A stretch of DNA of 56,466 nucleotides from Acidimicrobiia bacterium. GTDB lineage: Bacteria; Actinomycetota; Acidimicrobiia; Spongiisociales; JAHEDJ01. The stretch is taken from the NCBI GenBank assembly GCA_029210695.1, contig JARGFH010000004.1, positions 62,001 to 118,466 on the forward strand. The letters run 5' to 3'. Position 1 is the stretch's first letter, and every line of letters begins with the position of its first letter. Positions 48,447 to 56,466 of the stretch are shown piece by piece. Made by a program: the position numbers and the translations under genes. Under the pieces are notes generated by a model that was not told where the DNA came from, did no database searches, and saw nothing but the letters and a program-made list of their open reading frames with translations.

Positions 48447-48474
48447 AGAACTCAGAACCTAGAACTCAGAACCT
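48447..48474. repeat. Heptamer tandem repeat (AGAACTC AGAACCT)x2
   Basis: 4 units directly after the glpX stop. Confidence 0.7.
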
Positions 48475-48481
48475 GTTGGCC

Positions 48482-49468
48482 TCAGTCGTAAACGAGGGCG
48501 CTGATCTCACGCAGCTTGTTGAAGTCGTGGCGAGCGTGTAACCAGCGGACGGATCCCGTCTTCGAACGCATCACGACCGAATGCGTGCGAGCCCCGTCGG
48601 CGAAGAACTCAACTCCGCGAAGGAACTCGCCGCCGGTCACACCGGTGGCGGCGAAGAACACGTTGTCCGACCTGACCAGGTCTCGTTGGGTGAGCACGGA
48701 GTCGATGTCGAGGCCATTCTCACGTGCGTAGATCCGCTCAGACTCGTCGCGCGGCCAGAGGCGAGCTTGAATCTCGCCACCCGTGCACGTCAGGGCCGCG
48801 GCAGCAATTACGGCCTCGGGGGATCCACCGATACCGAGCAGGATGTCAATGCCCGTGTCTTCTTCTGCGGTGGCGATGGCGCCCGAGATGTCACCATCAC
48901 GGATCAGGCGGATGCGGGCGCCGACGCGGCGCACTGCGTCGATGTACCGCTGATTGCGTGGACGGTCGAGGATGATGGCCGTGATGTCGTTGACGTCCTT
49001 GCCCTCGGCCGCCGCGACGGCGTGGAGATTGTCCTCGACCGGGGCATCGAGATCGATCTTTCCGGCCGCGGCCGGGCCGACGGCGATCTTGTCCATGTAG
49101 ACCACGGATCCGGGCGAATACATCGATCCACGATCCGAAACCGCGATGACCGCCAGGGCCCCCGGCATTCCCTGGGCGGAAAGCGTGGTTCCATCGACGG
49201 GATCAACGGCGACGTCGACCATTGGACCGTTGCCGTTACCGACGGCTTCGCCGTTGTAGAGCATCGGAGCCTCGTCCTTCTCGCCCTCACCAATAACGAC
49301 GATGCCGTCCATGTCGACCGACCGGAGGATGGCCCGCATGCCGTCGACCGCCGCCTGATCGACGCCCTCTTTGTCTCCACGACCCTGCCAGCGGGCCGCG
49401 GCCATGGCGGCGGTCTCCGTTACCCGGGCGAGATCGAAGGCGAGGTTCCGGTCGGGTGTTTCAGTCAT
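48482..49468 (-). CDS. glpX: Fructose-1,6-bisphosphatase class II
   Basis: VIGEGEKDEAPML, DPVDGT, YMDK, DGDI and FAATGVT. Confidence 0.96.
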   Translation of the reverse strand: MTETPDRNLAFDLARVTETAAMAAARWQGRGDKEGVDQAAVDGMRAILRSVDMDGIVVIGEGEKDEAPMLYNGEAVGNGNGPMVDVAVDPVDGTTLSAQGMPGALAVIAVSDRGSMYSPGSVVYMDKIAVGPAAAGKIDLDAPVEDNLHAVAAAEGKDVNDITAIILDRPRNQRYIDAVRRVGARIRLIRDGDISGAIATAEEDTGIDILLGIGGSPEAVIAAAALTCTGGEIQARLWPRDESERIYARENGLDIDSVLTQRDLVRSDNVFFAATGVTGGEFLRGVEFFADGARTHSVVMRSKTGSVRWLHARHDFNKLREISALVYD

Positions 49469-49469
49469 T

Positions 49470-50648
49470 TCAGGCCACCTTCACTATGAGCGCGTCACCC
49501 TGTCCACCGCCGCCGCACAGGGTGGCTGCTCCGATGCCGCCTCCCCGCTGCCGGAGGGCATTGATCAGCGTCACGACGAGCCGGGCGCCGGTGGCACCGA
49601 TCGGATGACCCAGCGCAACCGCGCCGCCGTTGACATTGACCTTGTCAACCGGGATGTCGAGCAGTCTGGCCGACCAGAGGGCGACGGCCGCGAACGCTTC
49701 GTTGATCTCGACGAGATCGAGATCCGAGGCGTTCATCCCTGCTTTCTTCAGTGCGACCTGGAGGGCTTCGGCCGGCCGTTCGTGCAGCGTGGCGTCCCTT
49801 CCTCCGATTTGGCCGTAGGCGATGACCTCGGCGAGGATCGGGAGGCCGGCCGCCTCAGCTGCTTTGCGATCGGCGGCGATGACTGCTGCTCCGCCGTCCG
49901 ATATCTGTGACGAGTTGCCGGCGGTGATCGTGCCATCTTCCACGAAGGCCGGTCGGAGGCGACCGAGTGACTCGGCGGTGGTCCCTGCCCTCACACCTTC
50001 GTCGGCGTCGAAGAGGATGGGGTCTCCCTTTCGCTGCGGGATGGAGAGTTGGACGATTTCGTCCGCGAAGGCACCGCTCTCGGCCGCCGCGATTGTGCGG
50101 GCATGGCTTTCAGCAGACCACTCGTCCTGTTCTTCACGACTGATCCCGAGTTGGCGATTCTTGTGATCTGAGCTCTCGCCCATCGTGCAATGGTCGAAGG
50201 CGCAGTAGAGCCCGTCATGCAACATTACGTCGACAAGCGTGGCATCGCCGAGTCGGGTACCGTTGCGCAGTTCCCTGAGGACGTGCGGCGCGTTCGTCAT
50301 CGACTCCATGCCGCCGGCCACCACGAACGACGCCTCACCGAGTCGGATCGAACGGTCGGCGAGCCCGATGGCGGCCAGGCCGGATAGGCACACCTTGTTG
50401 ATCGTGATTGCCGGGACGGTCATGGGGATGCCGGCTCGAGTGGCGGCAACGCGGGAAGTGATCTGACCTTCTCCCGCCTGAAGTACCTGTCCGAAGATCA
50501 CTTCGTCGACCTTGTCGGCATCCAGTCCCGAGCGCTCGAGCGCTCCTTCGATCGCTCTGCCGCCGAGATCCACGGCGTGAAGCGGCGACAGGCTCCCTCC
50601 GAACTTGCCGATCGCTGTGCGGGCGATCCCGCTGATGACTGCACCCAT
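49470..50648 (-). CDS. Acetyl-CoA C-acetyltransferase (thiolase)
   Basis: NKVCLSG, GGMESM, NEAFA, GHPIGATG and CGGGGQG. Confidence 0.95.
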   Translation of the reverse strand: MGAVISGIARTAIGKFGGSLSPLHAVDLGGRAIEGALERSGLDADKVDEVIFGQVLQAGEGQITSRVAATRAGIPMTVPAITINKVCLSGLAAIGLADRSIRLGEASFVVAGGMESMTNAPHVLRELRNGTRLGDATLVDVMLHDGLYCAFDHCTMGESSDHKNRQLGISREEQDEWSAESHARTIAAAESGAFADEIVQLSIPQRKGDPILFDADEGVRAGTTAESLGRLRPAFVEDGTITAGNSSQISDGGAAVIAADRKAAEAAGLPILAEVIAYGQIGGRDATLHERPAEALQVALKKAGMNASDLDLVEINEAFAAVALWSARLLDIPVDKVNVNGGAVALGHPIGATGARLVVTLINALRQRGGGIGAATLCGGGGQGDALIVKVA

Positions 50649-50717
50649 TGATCTCTACCTCCTGACCGGGAGCCTACCTGAGGTAACGCAACGTCATTCC
50701 CGGTAGTCTCAGAAACC

Positions 50718-51125
50718 GTGAAGCTCCTCAACCTCGATCATGTTGCTATCGCCGTCGCAGATCTCGACGAGGCCCTTGCCGGTTATCGACGGCAATACGG
50801 CGTCGAGCCGCTCTCCCGTGAGGTCGTCGAGGAGCAGGGGGTCGAGGAGGCGATGATTCCCGTTGGGGGTTCGTTCGTGCAATTGCTCCGACCGCTGTCC
50901 GATGACTCGCCCGTCGGCCGCTTCCTGGCGAAGAACGGCCCGGGCCTTCACCATGTTGCATACGCCGTTCCCTCAATCGACGACGCGCTGGCCCACCTCA
51001 AAGCTGAGGGAGTGCGTCTCATCGACCAGTCGCCGCGTATGGGTGGGAGGGGAGCAAAGATCGCGTTTGTGCACCCCAAAGAACTGGCGGGAACGCTGAT
51101 CGAGCTGGTGGAACTGCATGAATAG
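50718..51125 (+). CDS. mce: Methylmalonyl-CoA epimerase
   Basis: DHVAIAV, QLL, GLHHVAY, FVHPK and LIELVE. Confidence 0.9.
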   Translation: MKLLNLDHVAIAVADLDEALAGYRRQYGVEPLSREVVEEQGVEEAMIPVGGSFVQLLRPLSDDSPVGRFLAKNGPGLHHVAYAVPSIDDALAHLKAEGVRLIDQSPRMGGRGAKIAFVHPKELAGTLIELVELHE

Positions 51126-51348
51126 CGAGATCCGGATTCGCGGTGGCATTGGGCCTTCTGAGACTGCGGCGATCATGGCGGCGATTCATCAGCTCATCGA
51201 AGAGGAGCTGGCGTCCGAAGCGATGCTCACGCCCCGCAACCTCCCGACCGCCTGGGTTCGGTCGGGTCAGCGCAGGGTTGTGAGGTCCCCTCGCCACACG
51301 ACGACCGAACTGAGTATCCACGGAATCACCGATGGGCAGATGGGATAG
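51118..51348 (+). CDS. Small protein resembling an acyl-CoA carboxylase epsilon subunit
   Basis: IRIRGG....ETAAIMAAI...TAWVRSG pattern; overlaps the mce stop. Confidence 0.5.
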   Translation: MNSEIRIRGGIGPSETAAIMAAIHQLIEEELASEAMLTPRNLPTAWVRSGQRRVVRSPRHTTTELSIHGITDGQMG

Positions 51349-51353
51349 GAAAG

Positions 51354-51381
51354 CGGTTCTAGGTTCTAGGTTGTGGGTTCT
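51354..51381. repeat. Heptamer tandem repeat (AGGTTCT family)
   Basis: 4 units between convergent genes. Confidence 0.6.
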
Positions 51382-51386
51382 ATTGC

Positions 51387-52976
51387 CTATCGCTGGCGGC
51401 GGCGCAGTCCGGCTAGTTCCGGTGCTCGCAACAGCCGCGCTACCCCGACAAACACCGCGCCGACCACCAGGGCCCCGACCGCCAGCGATCCGAGAGATCG
51501 CCAGAAGCTCGACTCGGCGATATCGCCGGTGACTGAGGACACTGCCCACCAGCCGGCTATCGCCGCCAGCCCGGCCGCCACCGCGCTCCGGGTCGCCGAG
51601 ATCAGCAGCGGCCTGAGTTCGGCGGTGCCGGTCCTGTGGTACCAAATGGTGGCCATGAGCACGGTGTAGACGACCATCGCCAGCGTGCTGGCCAGTGCCA
51701 TCCCGGGCGTGCCCATCAGCTCGAAGAGCCAGATGTAGAGGCCGACTCCGACCACCGTACCGATGGTCCCCGTAGTGACGGGCACCCACATCTCCCGTCG
51801 TGCGTAGAAGCCGCGGGCGTACAGCTGATGGGCCCCCCAGACGGGGATACTGAATGCGTACGGGACCAGGGCCGCCGCTGTTCCCACCGTGGCGGCGGTC
51901 GTGAACTCGCCTCTTTCGAAAACCACTTTGACGGCCGGTTGCGATGCGGCGAGGACGGCGGCGGTGGCGGCCGCTCCCGCAAAGAACGTGTACTGGAGTG
52001 CTCTCCGCAGGGTGGCGGCCAACTCTGCGTGGCGGCCCTCGGCAAAGAGCCTGGTGAGGAACGGGTAGGCAGCCACACCGGCCGCCTGGGCGATCATCCC
52101 GACCGGCAGCATGTTGAGCCGCCGTGCCAGGCCGAGTTGGGTAATCGACCCCTCGCCTGCCCATTGACCGAAGATCCGCACGAACTGTTCATCGAGTACG
52201 GCAATCGATTGACCGAGCATGAGGGGAAGAGCCAGTACCGCATACTCCCAAACGGAAGGGTGCCGCCATGGTGTGCCCGGCATCCACCGGAGCCCGGCTC
52301 GTCTGGCTCCGTAGACCTGGAGTGAGAAGTTGCCGATGATTGCTCCGGCCAGTGCTCCGTAAACGAATCCGGCCGGGGACGGCTTGCCGATGGCCCAGCT
52401 GATCAGTCCTCCGGCGATGATGCTCAGGTTGTAGACGAGGGGGGCCAGCGCCGGAATGAGGAACTGCCGTTTGGCGTACTGCACAGCCATGAGCAGCGAA
52501 CCCAGCAGGAAGAAGAGCTGGGCGGGAGCGACGATCCTGGTCAGTGAAGCGACCTCCGTCAGCTGGGCCTCAGTGAGTCGTTTGGCAGCATCTGAAACCG
52601 GCAGCCAGTCGGACAACCTGACGAAGAGCAGATCCACGAGCGGCCTGGCAAAGATGATGGTCAGTGCGGTGAGGACCGTCATCACGAGCGTGACGGGGCG
52701 AACGACGGCTGCGAACGACCGCCACGCCCCTTCTTCGTCGTCGTCGACGAAGTAGCGGGAGAGGATCGGGATGAACGTGATGGTCATGTACCCGCCCGCC
52801 ATGAGGTAGAAGAGCAGGTCGGGAATGAAGAAGGCGGCGAAGTAGATATCGCCGGCGGCGGTTGCTCCGAGGAGGTTGGCGATGAGCAGATCGCGCAGCA
52901 GGCCGAGGACCCTGGACAGCACGATCCCACCGGAGACGACTAGTGCCGCGGCGCCGATGGTCGTCCGGCGGCTCAT
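51387..52976 (-). CDS. murJ: Lipid II flippase MurJ
   Basis: SRVLGLLRD, AFFIPD, F in ERGEFT and RGFYA; about 14 TM. Confidence 0.92.
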   Translation of the reverse strand: MSRRTTIGAAALVVSGGIVLSRVLGLLRDLLIANLLGATAAGDIYFAAFFIPDLLFYLMAGGYMTITFIPILSRYFVDDDEEGAWRSFAAVVRPVTLVMTVLTALTIIFARPLVDLLFVRLSDWLPVSDAAKRLTEAQLTEVASLTRIVAPAQLFFLLGSLLMAVQYAKRQFLIPALAPLVYNLSIIAGGLISWAIGKPSPAGFVYGALAGAIIGNFSLQVYGARRAGLRWMPGTPWRHPSVWEYAVLALPLMLGQSIAVLDEQFVRIFGQWAGEGSITQLGLARRLNMLPVGMIAQAAGVAAYPFLTRLFAEGRHAELAATLRRALQYTFFAGAAATAAVLAASQPAVKVVFERGEFTTAATVGTAAALVPYAFSIPVWGAHQLYARGFYARREMWVPVTTGTIGTVVGVGLYIWLFELMGTPGMALASTLAMVVYTVLMATIWYHRTGTAELRPLLISATRSAVAAGLAAIAGWWAVSSVTGDIAESSFWRSLGSLAVGALVVGAVFVGVARLLRAPELAGLRRRQR

Positions 52977-53827
52977 CGCGGCAGGGCGGCCTGCGCCGCT
53001 TTCAGTTCTTCGAGCACCTCGTCTGCGACGACGAGGTCGCCCCAACCGGTTCCCAACTCGAGGCCGGTTTTGTAAGTTCCGTGGTAGTCAGAACCGCCGG
53101 AAGGGATCATTCCGAACGATCTGGTCACCTCGGCCAGCGCGGCCCGCTCTTCAATCGAGTATTCGGGGTAGTAGCAGTCGACTCCGGCGAGGCCGATGCC
53201 GGCGAGGTGGGAGAAGGCCTCCCGAAATTGCGTTTCCGAATCGAGCCCCATCGTGTAGGGGTGCGAGAGGATCGGCAGGGCACGAGACCGGAGCGCCAGG
53301 TCGATCGACTCCTCGGGGGTCAGCCGCTCACGCCCAACGTAGGCAGGCCGGCCGTTGCCGAGGTACTCGTCGAACGCCGCCCGCATATCCTCTACGACTC
53401 CTTTGCGGACGAGCAGGGCGGCCAGGTGCGGCCTCCCGGCGACGCCAACTCCCGCCTCCCGGGCGACCTCGTCTGTTGTGATGTCGATGCCGAGGTCGTT
53501 GAGTCGTTCCACGATGCGATTGTTGCGCTGGGCCCGACTTTCCTGCAGGCGGTTCAGGCGGTCCTGAAGGGGTCCCGACCGGGGTTCGAGGAACAGGACG
53601 ACCAGATGGAGCGTTCCCGGTTCCCATTCGCAGGAGATCTCCACTCCGGGTATGAGTTCGATGGCGAGATTCCGGGCAGCCTCCCGGGCTTCCGGAATGC
53701 CGTCCTGTGTGTCGTGATCCGTGAGCGCCAATGCGGTCAGGCCGATGGATTGGGCCGCCTCGACGAGTTGTCGCGGCGAGTCGGAGCCGTCTGAATAGCG
53801 GCTGTGGGTGTGGAGATCGACGGGCAT
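52973..53827 (-). CDS. PHP-domain protein (TrpH/YciV-like)
   Basis: DLHTHSRYSDG, ALTDHD, GVEIS, GRPH, SHP and GGSDYHG. Confidence 0.9.
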   Translation of the reverse strand: MPVDLHTHSRYSDGSDSPRQLVEAAQSIGLTALALTDHDTQDGIPEAREAARNLAIELIPGVEISCEWEPGTLHLVVLFLEPRSGPLQDRLNRLQESRAQRNNRIVERLNDLGIDITTDEVAREAGVGVAGRPHLAALLVRKGVVEDMRAAFDEYLGNGRPAYVGRERLTPEESIDLALRSRALPILSHPYTMGLDSETQFREAFSHLAGIGLAGVDCYYPEYSIEERAALAEVTRSFGMIPSGGSDYHGTYKTGLELGTGWGDLVVADEVLEELKAAQAALPR

Positions 53828-53896
53828 GTCCGCCCGGCAGGGTAGCGACACGTGCCGCTCGTCCCGGCCATCATGGGCGGATACCATCACCCGAAC

Positions 53897-55675
53897 GTGG
53901 AGCCCCGCACGAGCACCGATCGCCCGCCATACGCACGATTCGATGACCTGAGACCGCACCGCCGTCGCTCGTTCGAGTTGTCGGACGCGGACCACCTGCT
54001 CATCGCCGGCTCTGCCGGCGAGGTGGCAGATGTGCTCGATGCCGCCGAGGCGGCGGTAGAGCGGGGAAGCTGGGTGGCCGGGTTCGTGTCCTATGAAGCC
54101 GCTCCCGGTTTGGATCCGACGCTCCAGGTGGTGTCCTCACCGGCCGGCGAATTCGACGGGTTTCCGGCTGCCTGGTTCGCCGTCTTTCCGCATCGGTCTC
54201 CGACGAGTGCAGCACCCGCAGCCGGATACACGCTGGGTGACTGGATCGCATCGGTCGACGAAAGCGGTCACGGCCACGCCGTCGACGAGATCAGGGAACT
54301 CATCAAGCGAGGCGAAACGTATCAAGTGAACTACACGATCGGCATGTCGGCACCGTTCTCCGGCAGCGCCCGGTCGTTGTACCTGGACCTCACGGCGTCG
54401 CAGGCTTGCGGCTATGGAGCCTTCATCGACGCCGGACGCTGGCAGATTGCTTCGGCTTCGCCGGAGTTGTTCTTCGAGTGGGCTGATGGCCGGATCATGT
54501 GCCGGCCGATGAAGGGCACTGCCCCGCGCGGACTGGTGACGGCCGATGATGAAGAGCATCGGCTCGCCCTTCTCGCCTCCGAGAAGGATCGGGCCGAGAA
54601 CGTCATGATCGTGGACATGGTCCGCAACGATCTCGGCCGGGTAGCCGCGGTCGGATCGGTCGATACGCCCGCCCTCTTCACTGCCGAGAAGTACGACACG
54701 TTGTGGCAGCTCACCTCAACCGTGACTGCGACGACGGAACCCGGCACCTCGCTTCTGACGGTTTTTCGGGCGTTGTTCCCGAGCGCCTCCATCACCGGGG
54801 CTCCGAAGGTGGCGACGATGGGCATCATCCGGGCTCTCGAACACCGGCCGCGCGGGGTGTATTGCGGGACCATTGGTTTTGGTGGCCCCGGTGTCGATGG
54901 CCGGCCGGAATGGGCTTTCAATGTGGCCATTCGGACCGTCCTCGTCGACGTTGAGCACGGAGTCGCTCACTACGGGACCGGCGGTGGTATCACGATCGAC
55001 TCGACCGCCGGGGGTGAGTATCGCGAGGCGCTTCTCAAAGCTGAGATCCTTGCCCGGCGCACCGCAGACTTCCGACTGCTCGAGACGATGGTGTGGCGAC
55101 CGGGGTCGGGGGTCTGGTTGCTGGACCGGCATCTCAATCGTCTCATGGAGTCCGCCTGGTATTTCGATGTTCCGATCGACGCCTCGATCGTGGAAGCTTC
55201 GATCAAGGCAGCCACCGACCGGTTGACGGCAGCGTCAATCGTGCGCCTACTCGTTGATCGGACCGGGGGGATGGTGGTCGAGGCTGGCCCGCTGCCACTC
55301 GCAGACGTTGTGGTGCGGTTGGTGCTGGACGACCGACCCGTCGATCGTTTGGATCCGCTCCTCTATCACAAGACCACGAGTCGCAGTGTCTACGAGGCTG
55401 CCCTCAACCGGCATCCAGAGGCGCCCGACGTCGTGTTGTGGAACGAAGCGGACGAGATCACAGAGACGACGGTCGGCAACCTGGCGGTATTGCTCGACGG
55501 TGAATGGTGGACGCCACCGGTCACGTCCGGCTGCCTACCGGGTACGTACCGGGCGGAACTGCTCGACGAGGCTCGGATCCGCGAACGAGTGATCTCAGTC
55601 GATGAGCTGCGCGTCGCCAACGCGATTGCCCGGCTCAACTCAGTGAGGGGCTGGGAGACGGCATTCCTGATGTAG
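53897..55675 (+). CDS. pabB: Aminodeoxychorismate synthase component I fused to ADC lyase (PabB-PabC)
   Basis: GETYQVN, SPELF, PMKGT, ENVMIVDMVRNDL and SITGAPK; C-terminal class IV domain with HKTT and GCLPGTYR. Confidence 0.92.
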   Translation: MEPRTSTDRPPYARFDDLRPHRRRSFELSDADHLLIAGSAGEVADVLDAAEAAVERGSWVAGFVSYEAAPGLDPTLQVVSSPAGEFDGFPAAWFAVFPHRSPTSAAPAAGYTLGDWIASVDESGHGHAVDEIRELIKRGETYQVNYTIGMSAPFSGSARSLYLDLTASQACGYGAFIDAGRWQIASASPELFFEWADGRIMCRPMKGTAPRGLVTADDEEHRLALLASEKDRAENVMIVDMVRNDLGRVAAVGSVDTPALFTAEKYDTLWQLTSTVTATTEPGTSLLTVFRALFPSASITGAPKVATMGIIRALEHRPRGVYCGTIGFGGPGVDGRPEWAFNVAIRTVLVDVEHGVAHYGTGGGITIDSTAGGEYREALLKAEILARRTADFRLLETMVWRPGSGVWLLDRHLNRLMESAWYFDVPIDASIVEASIKAATDRLTAASIVRLLVDRTGGMVVEAGPLPLADVVVRLVLDDRPVDRLDPLLYHKTTSRSVYEAALNRHPEAPDVVLWNEADEITETTVGNLAVLLDGEWWTPPVTSGCLPGTYRAELLDEARIRERVISVDELRVANAIARLNSVRGWETAFLM

Positions 55676-55702
55676 CTCGCCCATGAGTCCGTCCGGCTCA
55701 GT

Positions 55703-56008
55703 TGCCCCCTCTGCCTCGTGGATTCGGCATCTCCCCCGCTGACGCGGGGGAGAAACGCGACTGGGTTGTGCAGCTTGTTTTGCGTTCTCCCACCGCCGGA
55801 GGTTGGGGGGAGTCCCGGAGCGAAGCGGAGGGGAGGGGGGCTCTTGGTGGCTTGTGTTGCCCCCTCTGCCTCGTGGACTCGGCATCTCCCCCGCTGACGC
55901 GGGGGAGAAACGCGACTAGGAACTCGCGACTCGCGACTAGGAACTCGCGACTAGCGACTAGCAACTCGCGACTAGCAACTCGCGACTAGCAACTCGCGAC
56001 TAGCAACT
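55703..56008. repeat. BIME-like composite repeat cluster 2 with 14-unit heptamer tract
   Basis: Units at 55703-55759 and 55858-55914; inverted variant 55782-55840; CGCGACT/AGCAACT heptamers 55911-56008. Confidence 0.85.
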
Positions 56009-56395
56009 AGTGGTCTGTCGCGGATTCAGTGATCTGGTTGAGGGCGGCTCGTCCTCGTTTGACTTTGGCAATGATTTCTTCGGCGGTCTTGTGCCAGATG
56101 AAGGGTTTCGGGTCGTTGTTCCAGGCTTGAGTCCATAGTTCGATGGAGGCGATGAGTTGCTGAACGCTGGTGAAGCTGTCGCGGCGTAGGCGTTTGTCGG
56201 TGAGCTCTTTGAACCAGCGTTCGATCAGGTTCAGCCACGACGACGAGGTCGGGGTGTAGTGGATGTGCCACCGGTCTCGACGGGAGGGGTGTTCGAGCCA
56301 TTTGGTGACGTTGTCGTGTTTGTGGGTGGCGTAGTTGTCGGCGACGAGGTGGATGTCGAGGTCGTCGGGGACGGTGCGGTCGATGAGTTTGAGGA
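56007..56395 (-). mobile_element. IS630-family element, 3' fragment of the transposase and right end
   Basis: DNYATHK, HYTPTSSSWLNLIERWF and PKPFIW; TAG stop supplied by the CTAG target. Confidence 0.9.
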
Positions 56396-56466
56396 GGCTC
56401 ACTACGCTCAACTGACCACTACCGGATGACTTGGAAACCAAACAACCGAGTCTCCATCAAACCCAG
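56385..56466 (+). mobile_element. Probable IS3-family right-end remnant
   Basis: EFEEAHYAQLTTTG* resembles an OrfB C-terminus; GAGTCTCCATCAAACCCAG resembles an IS6110-like right inverted repeat, cut by the window edge. Confidence 0.45.

Noticed and set aside
53897..55675. PabB-PabC fusion as a novelty
   Set aside because: This is a known, widespread architecture.

Overview
High-GC (about 65%), gene-dense bacterial chromosome segment. Gene content, an actinobacterial-type LexA box and many apparently leaderless genes suggest Actinomycetota, plausibly Acidimicrobiia (inference). Left to right: (1) a pyrimidine-catabolic cluster with a CoxLMS-type molybdo-hydroxylase, a clear barbiturase fused into an operon with FdrA/DUF1116/DUF2877 (AllFGH-like transcarbamylase subunits), and a divergent fungal-type cytosine deaminase; (2) a 1687-aa acidic, Cys-rich secreted protein, an M23/LVIVD protein, a tandem-DsbA lipoprotein gene broken by a 107-bp IS630-derived MITE, and a hybrid kinase/NarL pair, with a duplicated ~150-bp regulatory block; (3) a LexA-boxed unknown gene plus micro-peptide just downstream of alkA-ogt; (4) ExeM nuclease, dGTPase, an unusual PhnCDE transporter and a 5'(3')-deoxyribonucleotidase; (5) housekeeping genes dnaX-ybaB-recR, glpX, thiolase, mce, murJ, a PHP protein and a pabBC fusion; (6) REP/BIME-like palindromes, heptamer tracts and an IS630/IS3 junction at the right end. 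No rRNA, tRNA or CRISPR array was seen. The most promising new biology is a possible phosphorolytic (carbamoyl-phosphate-yielding) ending of oxidative pyrimidine catabolism, and an SOS-regulated two-gene module of unknown function. All family assignments come from motif recognition without database searches.
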